In this document: piece after piece, positions 28,818-38,597 of the stretch | Layout of the letters: every line of letters starts with the position of its first letter | Numbering within the stretch: the stretch's first letter is position 1 | Origin: an uncultured Planctomycetia bacterium | GTDB lineage: Bacteria; Omnitrophota; Gorgyraeia; Gorgyraeales; Gorgyraeaceae | Assembly (NCBI GenBank): GCA_964566255.1 | Contig: CAZMID010000001.1 | Coordinates: forward strand, 83,152-147,151 | Direction of reading: 5' to 3' | DNA: 64,000 nucleotides | Notes under the pieces: generated by a model | The model's input: the letters and a program-made list of their open reading frames with translations, nothing else | The model's database searches: none | Told to the model about the DNA's origin: nothing | Position numbers and translations under genes: made by a program

Positions 28818-29463
28818 CCTTTCTTTTAGACCTATCTTTATTATAATACATTATACCTAAAATTCCTACCCCTGAAAGCTCTCTTATTATATCAGGGTTT
28901 GTTTCTATGGAGATATCCTTTTTTATAGGCGAAGTATAATTAAAAATAATACCTTCTATACTTATGCCTTTACTCTTAAGAATCTCTACTGTCATAATGG
29001 TATGATTTATGGTTCCTAAATCTGGTCTTGCAACTATAATAACTGGAAGGTCCATCTTTAACATCATATCTGGAACATAAAGAGTCTCTTTATCTTTCTC
29101 GCATATAGGTACCATTACACCACCGATGCCTTCTACTATCATTATATTATTTGCCTTACTCAAGGTCTTAAATCTATCCCATACGATATTTAAATCTATA
29201 TCCTTCTTCTCTAATCTGCTGGCAACTAAAGGTGCAAGCGGAAGTTTTAGTGTTATAGGATTTATATAATCTATTGGGTCTTTTGAAGAGGCACTTCTTT
29301 TTAAAATTTCCGCATCTTCTGAAAACCCATTCTCAACACCTGTTGCTATAGGCTTCATTACACCTACTTTAAAAGATTTATCTAAAAATCTTTTTGCAAG
29401 ATAACTTGCAACTTCGGTTTTTCCAACGCCTGTATCAGTTCCTGTTACAAAAAAGCCCTTCAT
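28747..29463 (-). CDS. bioD: Dethiobiotin synthase
   Basis: FVTGTDTGVGKT, MKPIATG, VEGIGG, LGTINHT. Confidence 0.95.
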   Translation of the reverse strand: MKGFFVTGTDTGVGKTEVASYLAKRFLDKSFKVGVMKPIATGVENGFSEDAEILKRSASSKDPIDYINPITLKLPLAPLVASRLEKKDIDLNIVWDRFKTLSKANNIMIVEGIGGVMVPICEKDKETLYVPDMMLKMDLPVIIVARPDLGTINHTIMTVEILKSKGISIEGIIFNYTSPIKKDISIETNPDIIRELSGVGILGIMYYNKDRSKRKVEFTNHEDQGKVSYNWNREFAFS

Positions 29464-30622
29464 TTTTTATTCTCCTAAATATTTCTATTGCATTATCTAT
29501 ATGTTCTTCAGTATGCGTTGCCATTAAAGACGTCCTTATCCTACATTTTGACTTTGCTACTGTTGGCGGCCTTATACCTGGTGCAAAAATATTATTTTTT
29601 AATAAAAATTCAGCTATCTTCATAGTATTCGAGGCCTCTCCTACCCAAACTGGAATTATTTGTGTCTTTGTATCCATAATATCAAAGCCCATTTCAATAA
29701 GTGCTTTAGAAAATTTATCGATATTAGACCAAAGCCTTTTTCTTAAAGTAGTATCTCTTTCTACTATCTCTATAGCCTTTATCGCCCCAGAAACTACTGC
29801 TGGTGGTAAACCAGTAGAATATATAAAAGAACGGGCTTTATTGCATATATAGTCTATTAAAGTCCTAGAACCGACAATATACCCTCCTAGATTCCCAAAG
29901 GCCTTACTGAACGTCCCCATTTGAATATCTACACCATCTTTTATTCCAAAATATTCACAGGTACCTTTTCCGTTCTTACCTAAAACACCTGTTGCATGGG
30001 CATCATCCACCATTAATATAGCCTCGTACTTTTTACAAATCTTTACAAGATCAGGTAAAGGTGCAATGTCACCATCCATGCTAAAAACACCATCTGTAAT
30101 AAGAAGTTTTCTTCTATAAGAAGTGTTCTTTTTAAAAATATCCTCTAATCTTTCAATATTTTTATGAGGATAAACCCTTAAATCTGCACCACTCAAGCGT
30201 ACACCATCTATGAGACTTGCATGATTTAATTTATCACAGAGTACAAGGTCTTTTTCTCCTACAATGGAGGTAATAACTCCAAGATTAGTCATATACCCTG
30301 TAGGAAAAACAATTGCAGCCTCTCTACCTTTAAATTTAGCTATTTTTTCTTCTAATTTTTCATGTAGCTCCATGTTCCCGGAAATAAGCCTAGATGCACC
30401 TGAAGATGCACCGAATTCTTTTATTGCTTGAATCTGTACCTCTTTTACTTCCGGATGATTAGCTAATCCCAAATAATTATTAGAAGAAAGTAATATTACT
30501 TCTTTACCGTCGATAACGACGGTAGGACCACTTGTAGCATCAATACGCTTCATGCTTCTAAAAAGTCCCTGCCTTTTAAATTCACTCAATTCTTTCTCTA
30601 AAACTGAATCTAAATTAAACAT
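29435..30622 (-). CDS. bioF: 8-amino-7-oxononanoate synthase
   Basis: SSNNYLGLA, NHASLIDG, DGVFSMDGD, VDDAHA, GTFSKA, IRPPTV. Confidence 0.95.
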   Translation of the reverse strand: MFNLDSVLEKELSEFKRQGLFRSMKRIDATSGPTVVIDGKEVILLSSNNYLGLANHPEVKEVQIQAIKEFGASSGASRLISGNMELHEKLEEKIAKFKGREAAIVFPTGYMTNLGVITSIVGEKDLVLCDKLNHASLIDGVRLSGADLRVYPHKNIERLEDIFKKNTSYRRKLLITDGVFSMDGDIAPLPDLVKICKKYEAILMVDDAHATGVLGKNGKGTCEYFGIKDGVDIQMGTFSKAFGNLGGYIVGSRTLIDYICNKARSFIYSTGLPPAVVSGAIKAIEIVERDTTLRKRLWSNIDKFSKALIEMGFDIMDTKTQIIPVWVGEASNTMKIAEFLLKNNIFAPGIRPPTVAKSKCRIRTSLMATHTEEHIDNAIEIFRRIKNEGLFCNRN

Positions 30623-31575
30623 TATTTTACTATCATTGGCATAAATTCAGTGGAACCGAATATGCCATATATCTTATGCTCCTTAAGCCATAAGGCCCTC
30701 TTCATATATCCAAGTGCTGGCCCTACAACATTGGCTGCCATAGATGTCTCATCCCCGAGTATAAATCTATGGCTTGACTTTTTACCATCAAAAGTGATAC
30801 CTGTGAGTGTCATTGTAGTAGAGACTGGTTTTTTGGCATTCCTTGTATCCATTATCCCACCCACTGAAACCTTCTTTAAAGAATCAACAACCCCTGTATT
30901 CTTAAGCAATATATCATCTGCATGTTCCATCTCGCGCAGCACAAGTTTTCCATTTCTTTTATCTAAAAACTTTTCAACTTCTTTATCTGTCATCCTTTTT
31001 GCCTTACTAACTGTATAGCCTGGCAAGTGTGCAATGTCTTCTCTTATGGTAGCCTTATATTTATCCCAATTAGAAATCCCAACACCCCACCAAATATTTA
31101 CATCCTCTACCTTTATAAATGATTGGGCTGCCAAAGTTGCTGCGGCTGATAAAAGTCCAGGTGTTGCACCGCATCCAGTTATATAAACACTTTTATTCTT
31201 CTTTAATTCATTATTCAAACTCATCATCAATCTAACAGCTCTGGTCCGTTTCAAGGTATCTGTAAAAACTCCGTTAAAACCTCCCTTTACGAAACGCCTT
31301 ATTACCGACGGTATAAAATCATTAGGAAGGTTTGGAAGCGCTACAAAAACTCCATCTAATTTATTTTTTAATTTTACGACTTCACCTATAGAATCTTTTG
31401 AGGGTTTAAGTTTTTTTAGATCTTTAGTAGTTATTCCATTTTTAGAATATAAAAATCCTCCAGAATCACAAATGCTAATTACCTTTAATTCCTTTTTCTT
31501 AGCTACAATATCTAAACATGCCTTGCCAAGTCCCCCTGCCCCCAAAACTGCTACTTTCATAACTCCCCCTTTCAT
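30622..31575 (-). CDS. bioU: BioU-like dehydrogenase (BioA replacement in biotin synthesis)
   Basis: Rossmann GAGGLG, LALPN-like VALPNLPN, DTLKRT (conserved Lys), TGCGATPGLL, ATIREDIAH, MEHADD, LGDETSMAANV; sits between bioB and bioF and no bioA is present. Confidence 0.85.
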   Translation of the reverse strand: MKGGVMKVAVLGAGGLGKACLDIVAKKKELKVISICDSGGFLYSKNGITTKDLKKLKPSKDSIGEVVKLKNKLDGVFVALPNLPNDFIPSVIRRFVKGGFNGVFTDTLKRTRAVRLMMSLNNELKKNKSVYITGCGATPGLLSAAATLAAQSFIKVEDVNIWWGVGISNWDKYKATIREDIAHLPGYTVSKAKRMTDKEVEKFLDKRNGKLVLREMEHADDILLKNTGVVDSLKKVSVGGIMDTRNAKKPVSTTMTLTGITFDGKKSSHRFILGDETSMAANVVGPALGYMKRALWLKEHKIYGIFGSTEFMPMIVK

Positions 31576-32534
31576 AATTCAAACCCTAAATCCTTAACCA
31601 TCTGTAAATCCTCTTTTACGGACCTTCCTTTTGTAGTAAGGTATCCTCCTATTATCATACCATTGGCACCTGCTAAAAATGCCATTGCCTGAAAATCCTT
31701 TAAACCATATTCCCTTCCTCCTGCTACCTTTATAATAGAATCAGGTAATATTAATCTAAAAACCGCTATTGTCTTTAATATTTCCATTGGAGAAAGAGAC
31801 TCTACATCTTCAAGGGGTGTACCTTTTCTAGGATTAAGTATATTTATAGGTACACACTTTATACCTAATTCTTTCAAACTAAAGATAAGTTTTAATCTTT
31901 CTTCAATATCTTCCCCTAGACCTATTATACCGCCACAGCAGGCATCCAAACCTACATCCTTTAACATGCCCACCATATCTAAGCGATTCTTATAAGAGTG
32001 GGTCTTACATATATCTTTATAAAAATCTTTGGAAGTTTCCAGATTATGATTATATCTTGTAACACCTAATTGCTTTAACTCTTTTATCATAGCTATCTCT
32101 AGAATCCCAAGTGAACAATCTATCTTTATACCAACTTCCTTATTTATTTTTACTATTGCCTTTTTAATCTTATCAAATTCTTCACTGTTAGGTCCTGGGC
32201 CACTAATTACAATGCAAAAATTAGTAGCACCTGCTCTCTTTGCCTCTCTAGCAGCAGAGACTATCTTTTCAATACTCAAAAGTGGGTAAGTCTCACAATT
32301 TGTCTTATACCTTGAAGATTGTGCGCAAAATTTACAATCCTCTGAACAAAGTCCACTTTTTGCATTTACTAAAGAACATAAATCTATCTTATTCCCGCAA
32401 AATTTTCGTCTTACAGCATCTGCTGTATGCATAAGAAGAGGGACATCATCCCTTTCTAAAGTCAAGAGGACTCTTGCATCTTTAAAGCTTAAACTCTTAC
32501 CATCCAACACGCCATCTAAGATACCTTTAATCAT
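31572..32534 (-). CDS. bioB: Biotin synthase (radical SAM)
   Basis: NAKSGLCSEDCKFCAQS, YNHNLET, VPINIL, AGGRE, YLTTKG. Start placed at ATG 32534 (MIKGILD) because the promoter overlaps the track's upstream TTG. Confidence 0.95.
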   Translation of the reverse strand: MIKGILDGVLDGKSLSFKDARVLLTLERDDVPLLMHTADAVRRKFCGNKIDLCSLVNAKSGLCSEDCKFCAQSSRYKTNCETYPLLSIEKIVSAAREAKRAGATNFCIVISGPGPNSEEFDKIKKAIVKINKEVGIKIDCSLGILEIAMIKELKQLGVTRYNHNLETSKDFYKDICKTHSYKNRLDMVGMLKDVGLDACCGGIIGLGEDIEERLKLIFSLKELGIKCVPINILNPRKGTPLEDVESLSPMEILKTIAVFRLILPDSIIKVAGGREYGLKDFQAMAFLAGANGMIIGGYLTTKGRSVKEDLQMVKDLGFEL

Positions 32535-32541
32535 ACGTAGT

Positions 32542-32569
32542 ATTTTACCCAATATATCTTGATTGTCAA
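32542..32569 (-). promoter_or_regulatory. bio operon promoter (probably leaderless transcript)
   Basis: Minus strand TTGACA-16nt-TAAAAT, then only 7 nt to the bioB ATG, with no SD. Confidence 0.6.
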
Positions 32570-32595
32570 CCTAACCCTAAAACTAGGTTAACAAT
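32562..32595. promoter_or_regulatory. BirA biotin operator
   Basis: ATTGTCAAC-N16-GTTAACAAT inverted repeat matching the BirA box (TGTtAAC-N14-16-GTTaACA), overlapping the -35 of the bioB promoter. Confidence 0.82.
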
Positions 32596-32596
32596 A

Positions 32597-33130
32597 TTAT
32601 ATCATTAGGATTTTAGTAATTAAGAGGGAGATTTTTAAAGTTTTGGATTTTTTCTTTTTGGGAATCAAACTAAATCTATTTACTTTTATTAATTGGTGGG
32701 ATTTTTCTAATTGGTAGATAAAATCCATCAATAACGACATCTCTGATTCTGCTTCTATAGTCACTTTATATTCAATATATAAACCTTTTTCTTCCATTGG
32801 AAGTGGTTTTATGTTTTTAATCAAAACAGATGTTTTGCGTCCAAGTTTTTCTATCTCACTCGATAGACTTGCTATCTCTTCTTCGTCTGAGGCAACCTTT
32901 TTTAAGCCTTGTATAATTTTTTCGTATTTATCTCGTATCGAATCCTTCTCATTCCATATAAACATAGAACGCTCTAGCTTCTTCTCATAGGTGGATATCT
33001 CTTTATTCAAATTATCTAAGATCCTCATTGCTGGAGAAATCATAACCTTATCAATAAAAAGAGAAGAGATAACTATAACTGATATATATACTACATATTT
33101 TTCACGTTGTGATAACTTTGAGAAAAACAT
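32597..33130 (-). CDS. T2SS GspM / PilO-like inner membrane platform protein
   Basis: LSQREK-TM N-terminus, coiled coil, C-terminal ferredoxin-like FIYQLEKS; position after the GspL/PilMN-like gene. Confidence 0.75.
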   Translation of the reverse strand: MFFSKLSQREKYVVYISVIVISSLFIDKVMISPAMRILDNLNKEISTYEKKLERSMFIWNEKDSIRDKYEKIIQGLKKVASDEEEIASLSSEIEKLGRKTSVLIKNIKPLPMEEKGLYIEYKVTIEAESEMSLLMDFIYQLEKSHQLIKVNRFSLIPKKKKSKTLKISLLITKILMI

Positions 33131-33131
33131 T

Positions 33132-34616
33132 TTAATACTCCCTCAATAATCTTTGTAAGGCTGCACTTAAGGGACAAATTATTTCAAACTCTGCTGTCTC
33201 CTCGCCCTTTACTATGTTTTTAGAGACATATTTTGTCTTAACATTCTCAAAATATTCCGATTTTTCCAATTCATTTACAAATTTAAATACTTCAGACATT
33301 ACGCTGGAAGAACCTCGTAAAGTTAGGATATGTTTTCCATCAAAACTGACAGATAATAGATACATATCTGGAGAAATCACGTTATATGCTTCATAAAGAA
33401 TATTAAGCACAGATCCTTTTGCATCTGAACGAGATTTTACTATTTCCATTTTCTCCTTCATAAGACCTAGATCATCTGCTTCGCCTTTTATCGAAGCTAT
33501 CTTATTCTTTAATTGAGTTAAATAACGTTCCCTACTGTAGAATTTTTCCAGGAAAACACTGGATGTAGCTATTAAAATCAATGCCAGAAGTATACCCAAA
33601 AGATATAAATCCTTTGCCCTCTTCTTCATAGTCCTTTCTAGTTTAATCTCATGAGGAAGAAGATTAATATGTTCTTTTCCGTATATAAAAGCTAATCCTA
33701 TGAGGCTAGAAAGGGATATATCCTTTAAGTCTCCTCCGTATAGATCAAGCGCCTCTTTAGTCACGGGAATATTCTTAAATTGAGGGGTGATTTCTACGGG
33801 CAAATTGAAACTTTCTCTTAAAAGATTATCATTAAGTTTTGCAGTAACTCTTTCTGAACCACCAATAACAATCTTAGATATATCTTTATTTACCATCTCA
33901 TTTTGATAGGCATAAATAGAACGGTTTATCTCTTCTATTAATTCCTTTTGCCATTTATCCATATCTTCTACAGATTGAGAAAACCCCAAGGAGATATTCC
34001 TATCGAATATTATTTTATTATTCAATATGGCTATAAAATTACTTTCGGTATTATCCACATCTACAAGGAGGTATGGCTCATCTTCAACTTTTTTTTCTTG
34101 ATAACTTAATCTGCACCAGTTTAGCGTACCCTCGGAACTCAAACCTATCCTTGCAGGCTTAAGCCCAGCTTTTTCAAGAACCCTGAAATATCTATTTACG
34201 ATATCGATATGAACAATAACAAGCATAACTCTGCTGTATCCGTCAGGGCTTGTATACACAATCTGATAATCGCTAACTATCTCATTTGTAGAATAAGGAG
34301 TCTGTTTTCCTATCTGTAGTTCTACCATATCCTTTATTTCTTCAGAATCTAAGGAAGGGAATTCAGGATTCCTGATAGTAGCAAATTGTGTTGGCATAGA
34401 TATAATAAGATGATCCGGATCTATCTTAAACTGCTTAGATAGACCCGTTATCATCTTAATAAGTTCATTCTCAGAAATACCATTGATTTTTTTTACTACG
34501 CTTCGAAAGATCTTTTTTTCTCTAGGAGAGGGTCTGAGCTGCACCATCTTCAGGAAATTTTCATCCATTTCTAAAACAGTTATAATTTTATCTTTTCCTG
34601 TAAATGGTAGTTTCAT
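33132..34616 (-). CDS. GspL-like / PilM-PilN fusion platform protein
   Basis: Actin-like N-terminal domain (PSLDSEEI, KQTPY, EINRSIYAY), INLLP motif followed by TM and PilN-like periplasmic domain (FVNELEKSEYFENV). Confidence 0.8.
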   Translation of the reverse strand: MKLPFTGKDKIITVLEMDENFLKMVQLRPSPREKKIFRSVVKKINGISENELIKMITGLSKQFKIDPDHLIISMPTQFATIRNPEFPSLDSEEIKDMVELQIGKQTPYSTNEIVSDYQIVYTSPDGYSRVMLVIVHIDIVNRYFRVLEKAGLKPARIGLSSEGTLNWCRLSYQEKKVEDEPYLLVDVDNTESNFIAILNNKIIFDRNISLGFSQSVEDMDKWQKELIEEINRSIYAYQNEMVNKDISKIVIGGSERVTAKLNDNLLRESFNLPVEITPQFKNIPVTKEALDLYGGDLKDISLSSLIGLAFIYGKEHINLLPHEIKLERTMKKRAKDLYLLGILLALILIATSSVFLEKFYSRERYLTQLKNKIASIKGEADDLGLMKEKMEIVKSRSDAKGSVLNILYEAYNVISPDMYLLSVSFDGKHILTLRGSSSVMSEVFKFVNELEKSEYFENVKTKYVSKNIVKGEETAEFEIICPLSAALQRLLREY

Positions 34617-34618
34617 TT

Positions 34619-35632
34619 TTACTCCTCATGCCAATATAATATCTCAAAATCCTGCTCTTCTTTCTTTCTTTTAACAACACAAGCAATTTTTCTTCTTAAA
34701 TCATTATCTCCGCGCTTCAAAATACCGAATGAGTTAATGCGAAAAACATTAGAAATAACACTAAGTACGTTTAGTGAAATAAGACGATTTAATATTATAG
34801 ATTCTTCTGTAAATAGTGGTCCTATCTCTCTTAAATCCTCTACTGTTTCAAAGATATTATCATCTTCTGTTCCAGGTATTTCATCTGAGCCATCGCGAAA
34901 TTCAACAATGCGCTCAGCAAGGCTCTCATCCCCTCCCAAAGCATAAAATGTAGAAAAACTGGCTGTATTGATATTTACTCTACCTTCTCCATAAATAGTA
35001 ATTGCATCTTTGATCTTTAAAAATATATCTTTAGTCATACCTTTTACTAAAAGTAGTTCTTCTAGAGCCTCAAAATCTCTATCTTTGCATTCATATGGTG
35101 TATCTAAAGATGTATAATGATCGTCTTCAGCACCATTAATAGAAGGAAATATATCTACGTCCCTCCAATCTACAATAGCATCAGCTATATCAGATGCCTC
35201 TATATCTTCTACTTCTCCTAGCGTCTTTAATAAACTTTCTAAAGCCTCTTTCGGCACACGATTTATATTTATCTTACTTCCTTCATCCATAGCACCATAT
35301 AAAATATGTGTTTTTTCTCCATCTTTATCTTTTAAATCATAACTTACGGTAAAATGTCCTGACTCTAGCAAGTTTTCTTTGAAGATCTCTTTATTATTAG
35401 AATAATTATCGCTCAGCGTATCATAATTAATAGTTTCATCCATAAAAAGTTCGGCTGTAGCTCGTTGTATACCAGCCTTTGCGAGATAATACATTACTAA
35501 GCGATTCTTAAAATAAGATGCAAAATTTACCTGAGATGATATATTGCATCCAATACCAATACTATATATAGTTAAAATACTTAATACCCAAAGAGTAATT
35601 ATTAATATACTACCAGAGTTAGCCTTCATCAA
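34619..35632 (-). CDS. gspK: T2SS minor pseudopilin GspK
   Basis: GSILIITLWVL N-terminus, DEGSKININ, DAIVDWRD, EELLLVKGM, VNINTA. Confidence 0.9.
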   Translation of the reverse strand: MMKANSGSILIITLWVLSILTIYSIGIGCNISSQVNFASYFKNRLVMYYLAKAGIQRATAELFMDETINYDTLSDNYSNNKEIFKENLLESGHFTVSYDLKDKDGEKTHILYGAMDEGSKININRVPKEALESLLKTLGEVEDIEASDIADAIVDWRDVDIFPSINGAEDDHYTSLDTPYECKDRDFEALEELLLVKGMTKDIFLKIKDAITIYGEGRVNINTASFSTFYALGGDESLAERIVEFRDGSDEIPGTEDDNIFETVEDLREIGPLFTEESIILNRLISLNVLSVISNVFRINSFGILKRGDNDLRRKIACVVKRKKEEQDFEILYWHEE

Positions 35633-36269
35633 CTATGCCTTCTATTAAAGTGTCTAATTCCAAACTTTGTTCTCCCGTACCTATTGGTATAAAAACTGTC
35701 TTTGTAAAATCTAGGGTTTCATTTTCGTATTTATTAAGACTGAACTCTATCTTTACTGCTCGAGGAATAGAATCCTGTTCTTCTTTCTTCCATGAATCCT
35801 TCCATTTATATTCACCAGTAGCATTATCTAAATAACAATAAGTAAATTTCCAATCACTAACATCTGAAATAAAAACTGTACCTCCGAAGCTGTCTATTTC
35901 TGAATTTGGATCTACACCATAAAGTTCAATATATGTTCTTTCATTTTTATAAAGCTTATTTTCGCTATCATCAAAAAAATAAGTCATCCTACCAACTTCA
36001 TCTTCGCTAACAATTGCCGGAAAAGAAATTGCCTCATCAGTCCCTTCAAAAGGAATATTAGAAAATTCAAAAGTATTCCTTATAGATCTTGCAATCTTTG
36101 TTAAGTTAATTGCAATATCCCTTTCAACTTCTCTATTGATAGTGCACCTTCGCCATACATTTACTCCATTAGAAAATGCTGAATATACAGCCCCAGCCAC
36201 TAGAAAAATTATGGATGTAGCTATAAAAAGCTCTACTAATGAAAAACCTCTATTCCTCTTCTTTCTCAT
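35619..36269 (-). CDS. gspJ: T2SS minor pseudopilin GspJ
   Basis: Prepilin site RGFSLVEL; C-terminal W...W...IPRAVKI motif. Confidence 0.8.
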   Translation of the reverse strand: MRKKRNRGFSLVELFIATSIIFLVAGAVYSAFSNGVNVWRRCTINREVERDIAINLTKIARSIRNTFEFSNIPFEGTDEAISFPAIVSEDEVGRMTYFFDDSENKLYKNERTYIELYGVDPNSEIDSFGGTVFISDVSDWKFTYCYLDNATGEYKWKDSWKKEEQDSIPRAVKIEFSLNKYENETLDFTKTVFIPIGTGEQSLELDTLIEGIVDEG

Positions 36270-36672
36270 GCTTTATTAAATGTGTAGCTACTATAATCTT
36301 ATTCTTTCTATTTTTTTCATCCCAGGATAAAATAGCATTAAAATCATAAAGGTTCTCATATAATAATTCTTCTTCATATGTATCTTTTTTTAGCTCAATT
36401 GGCGATATATCTGTAACTAATTTAAAGGTATTGCCAGAATCTTTAATAATATCGCTATCACTAAATATATCACGACCTTCTTTAAAATTAATCTCTATAT
36501 CAGCTACTTTATTTTCAAATAATAAAGACGCCCTTACATAATCTTCGGAGGATCTAAGCACACTTAACGAATGACTAAAATATTGAAGTATCAAAACCAG
36601 GCCTAATGATAAAATTGCTATAGCGACCATTATTTCAATAAGTGTAAAACCAGACCTAGTCCCTTTATGCAT
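36250..36672 (-). CDS. gspI: T2SS minor pseudopilin GspI-like
   Basis: Prepilin site SGFTLIEIMVAIAIL; likely start ATG at 36672; between gspG and gspJ. Confidence 0.72.
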   Translation of the reverse strand: MHKGTRSGFTLIEIMVAIAILSLGLVLILQYFSHSLSVLRSSEDYVRASLLFENKVADIEINFKEGRDIFSDSDIIKDSGNTFKLVTDISPIELKKDTYEEELLYENLYDFNAILSWDEKNRKNKIIVATHLIKHEKEEE

Positions 36673-36677
36673 AATAA

Positions 36678-37097
36678 TCAATTCTCCCAATTAGTAATAT
36701 CATCGCCACTTTGAGTCCCATCTAATCCTAATGAATAAAGATCATAAGTACCCCTACCGCCATGAGAACCTGGAAAATTATATTCATATGGATTGCCCCA
36801 TGGGTCATTAGGCTCCTTCTTAAGGTAAGGGCCGTTCCAGTTTACTGGACTTGGAGAAGATGAAGGTTTTGATATAAGCGCCTTTAAACCTTGATCTGTA
36901 GTAGGATATGTACCATTATCTAATTCATAAAGATCTAGTGCTAAAGCTATATTAGAAGTTATATCGGCCTTGGCAATAGCAACCCTTGCCTGTTCTGAAC
37001 GCCCAGCTAACCTCGGTAATATCATGGCAGCAAGTGCGCCTATTATAATTACCACTAGCATCAGTTCTATTAAAGTGAAAGCACGGTTTCTTTTCAT
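36678..37097 (-). CDS. gspG: T2SS major pseudopilin GspG
   Basis: AFTLIELMLV, LDNGTYPTTDQGLKAL, WNGPYL, DPWGNPY, DLYSLGLDG, DDITNW. Confidence 0.95.
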   Translation of the reverse strand: MKRNRAFTLIELMLVVIIIGALAAMILPRLAGRSEQARVAIAKADITSNIALALDLYELDNGTYPTTDQGLKALISKPSSSPSPVNWNGPYLKKEPNDPWGNPYEYNFPGSHGGRGTYDLYSLGLDGTQSGDDITNWEN

Positions 37098-37111
37098 ATA
37101 TTACCTCCTGG

Positions 37112-38335
37112 TTATCTTACTGCCAAATTTATCTCAAAAATAGGCAGAAGCATCGCAAATACAATAAATCCAACAATCAGACCCATTACCAAAATTATAG
37201 CTGGCTCCAATAAAGAAGTGATTATTTTTATCATCTTACGTACTTCTCGCTCATAAGAATGGGCAACCTCTAATAAAACCCCTTCTAAATTCCCTCCTTT
37301 TTCGCCTACTGCAATCATATTGACCATAAAAGGAGGAAAATAACTAGAACTCTCAATGCTTTTTGCCAAAGGTGCACCATCGACAATAGATTTTTCAACC
37401 TTCTCGAGTGCCCTTTTAAAGATTTGATTATCCAATGTCAATATAGCAATGCGAATGGCCTGGATAACTGGTATACTTGCTCCAAGAAGTACGCCAAAAG
37501 ATCTGGCAAATCTTGCCAGGCTCGCTTTTTTAATCATAACTCCAAATACAGGTATTTTTAATCTTAACTTATCGAGAACTATTTTTTCCTTATCACTTAT
37601 ACCTCTTCTTTTAAACATAAAAAACATGCCTGACAAGATTATTACCAGCCAATACCAGTAATTCTTCATCTTAGTACCTATTGAAATCATCACCTTCGTT
37701 ACAAATGGTAAGGCCTGTTGAGACTCTTCAAATAAAACTGTCAATCGAGGTACAGCAAAAGTAATAAGGACAATTATGGTAATTATACCGACGATAACTA
37801 TAAAAATAGGGTATGCCAAGGCTGAAGTAACAGTGGAACGCATCTCTTCCTCTTCTTCCCTAAACTTATCGAGTCTAATAAGACTATTTTCTAATACACC
37901 ACCAAATTCACCTGCGCGGACCATATTAATATATAAGGGGGAGAAAACCTTTGGATATTTATTCAATGAATCAGAAAGACTTTTTCCATCTTTTAATTCT
38001 GCATATACATCAGATAATATATCCTTCATATGTTTATTTTCGGTCTGCCTAAGAAGAATACCAATGGACTCCAATAACGAAACCTTAGATCTAACTAAAC
38101 TGGTAAGCTGTTGAGTAAATAAAGTTACATCTATAGGGCGAATTCTACTTGAAAATTTAAAACTAGAATGGGGGTTTTTTGTTTTCGATCTTCCTTTCGT
38201 TTCTTCTTTGACCTGTATAGGGACATAACCCTTTCCTATTAACTGACTAATAGCCTTGTCTCTGGTCTCTGCATCAATGGTTCCTTCTATAATCTTACCA
38301 GGACCTTTTTTTGCTTTATAAATAAATCTTGGCAT
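37112..38335 (-). CDS. gspF: T2SS inner membrane platform protein GspF/PilC
   Basis: Two T2SSF repeats (NMVRAGEFGG, ALAYP; NMIAVGEKGG, LLEP, MLLPIF). Confidence 0.93.
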   Translation of the reverse strand: MPRFIYKAKKGPGKIIEGTIDAETRDKAISQLIGKGYVPIQVKEETKGRSKTKNPHSSFKFSSRIRPIDVTLFTQQLTSLVRSKVSLLESIGILLRQTENKHMKDILSDVYAELKDGKSLSDSLNKYPKVFSPLYINMVRAGEFGGVLENSLIRLDKFREEEEEMRSTVTSALAYPIFIVIVGIITIIVLITFAVPRLTVLFEESQQALPFVTKVMISIGTKMKNYWYWLVIILSGMFFMFKRRGISDKEKIVLDKLRLKIPVFGVMIKKASLARFARSFGVLLGASIPVIQAIRIAILTLDNQIFKRALEKVEKSIVDGAPLAKSIESSSYFPPFMVNMIAVGEKGGNLEGVLLEVAHSYEREVRKMIKIITSLLEPAIILVMGLIVGFIVFAMLLPIFEINLAVR

Positions 38336-38351
38336 ATATTAAATCCTATTT

Positions 38352-38588
38352 TTAAGCTTTATCTACTAAGATCGAAAGTTCTTCATCTCTCATGCCTGCA
38401 ACGCCACTCTTTATGCGTAGATTCATTCCATCTACTTTAAGCTTTCCTTTTTTTAAAGTAGCAATGAACGGTTGATGAAAATCTAAAACCGTCATCTCTC
38501 CATCTTCGCCAGGCAATATGACACTTGAGACATTATCCTGGAATATTAAAGATGCTTCTTTTATATCTAATATAGATACCTTAAACAT
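38352..38588 (-). CDS. atpC: F1-ATPase epsilon-like subunit (N-terminal beta-sandwich only)
   Basis: VILPGEDGEMTVLDFHQPFIATLKKG matches epsilon (PG..G..GIL..H.P....L..G); ends at 78 aa, no C-terminal helices. Confidence 0.82.
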   Translation of the reverse strand: MFKVSILDIKEASLIFQDNVSSVILPGEDGEMTVLDFHQPFIATLKKGKLKVDGMNLRIKSGVAGMRDEELSILVDKA

Positions 38589-38597
38589 CTCGAAGTA

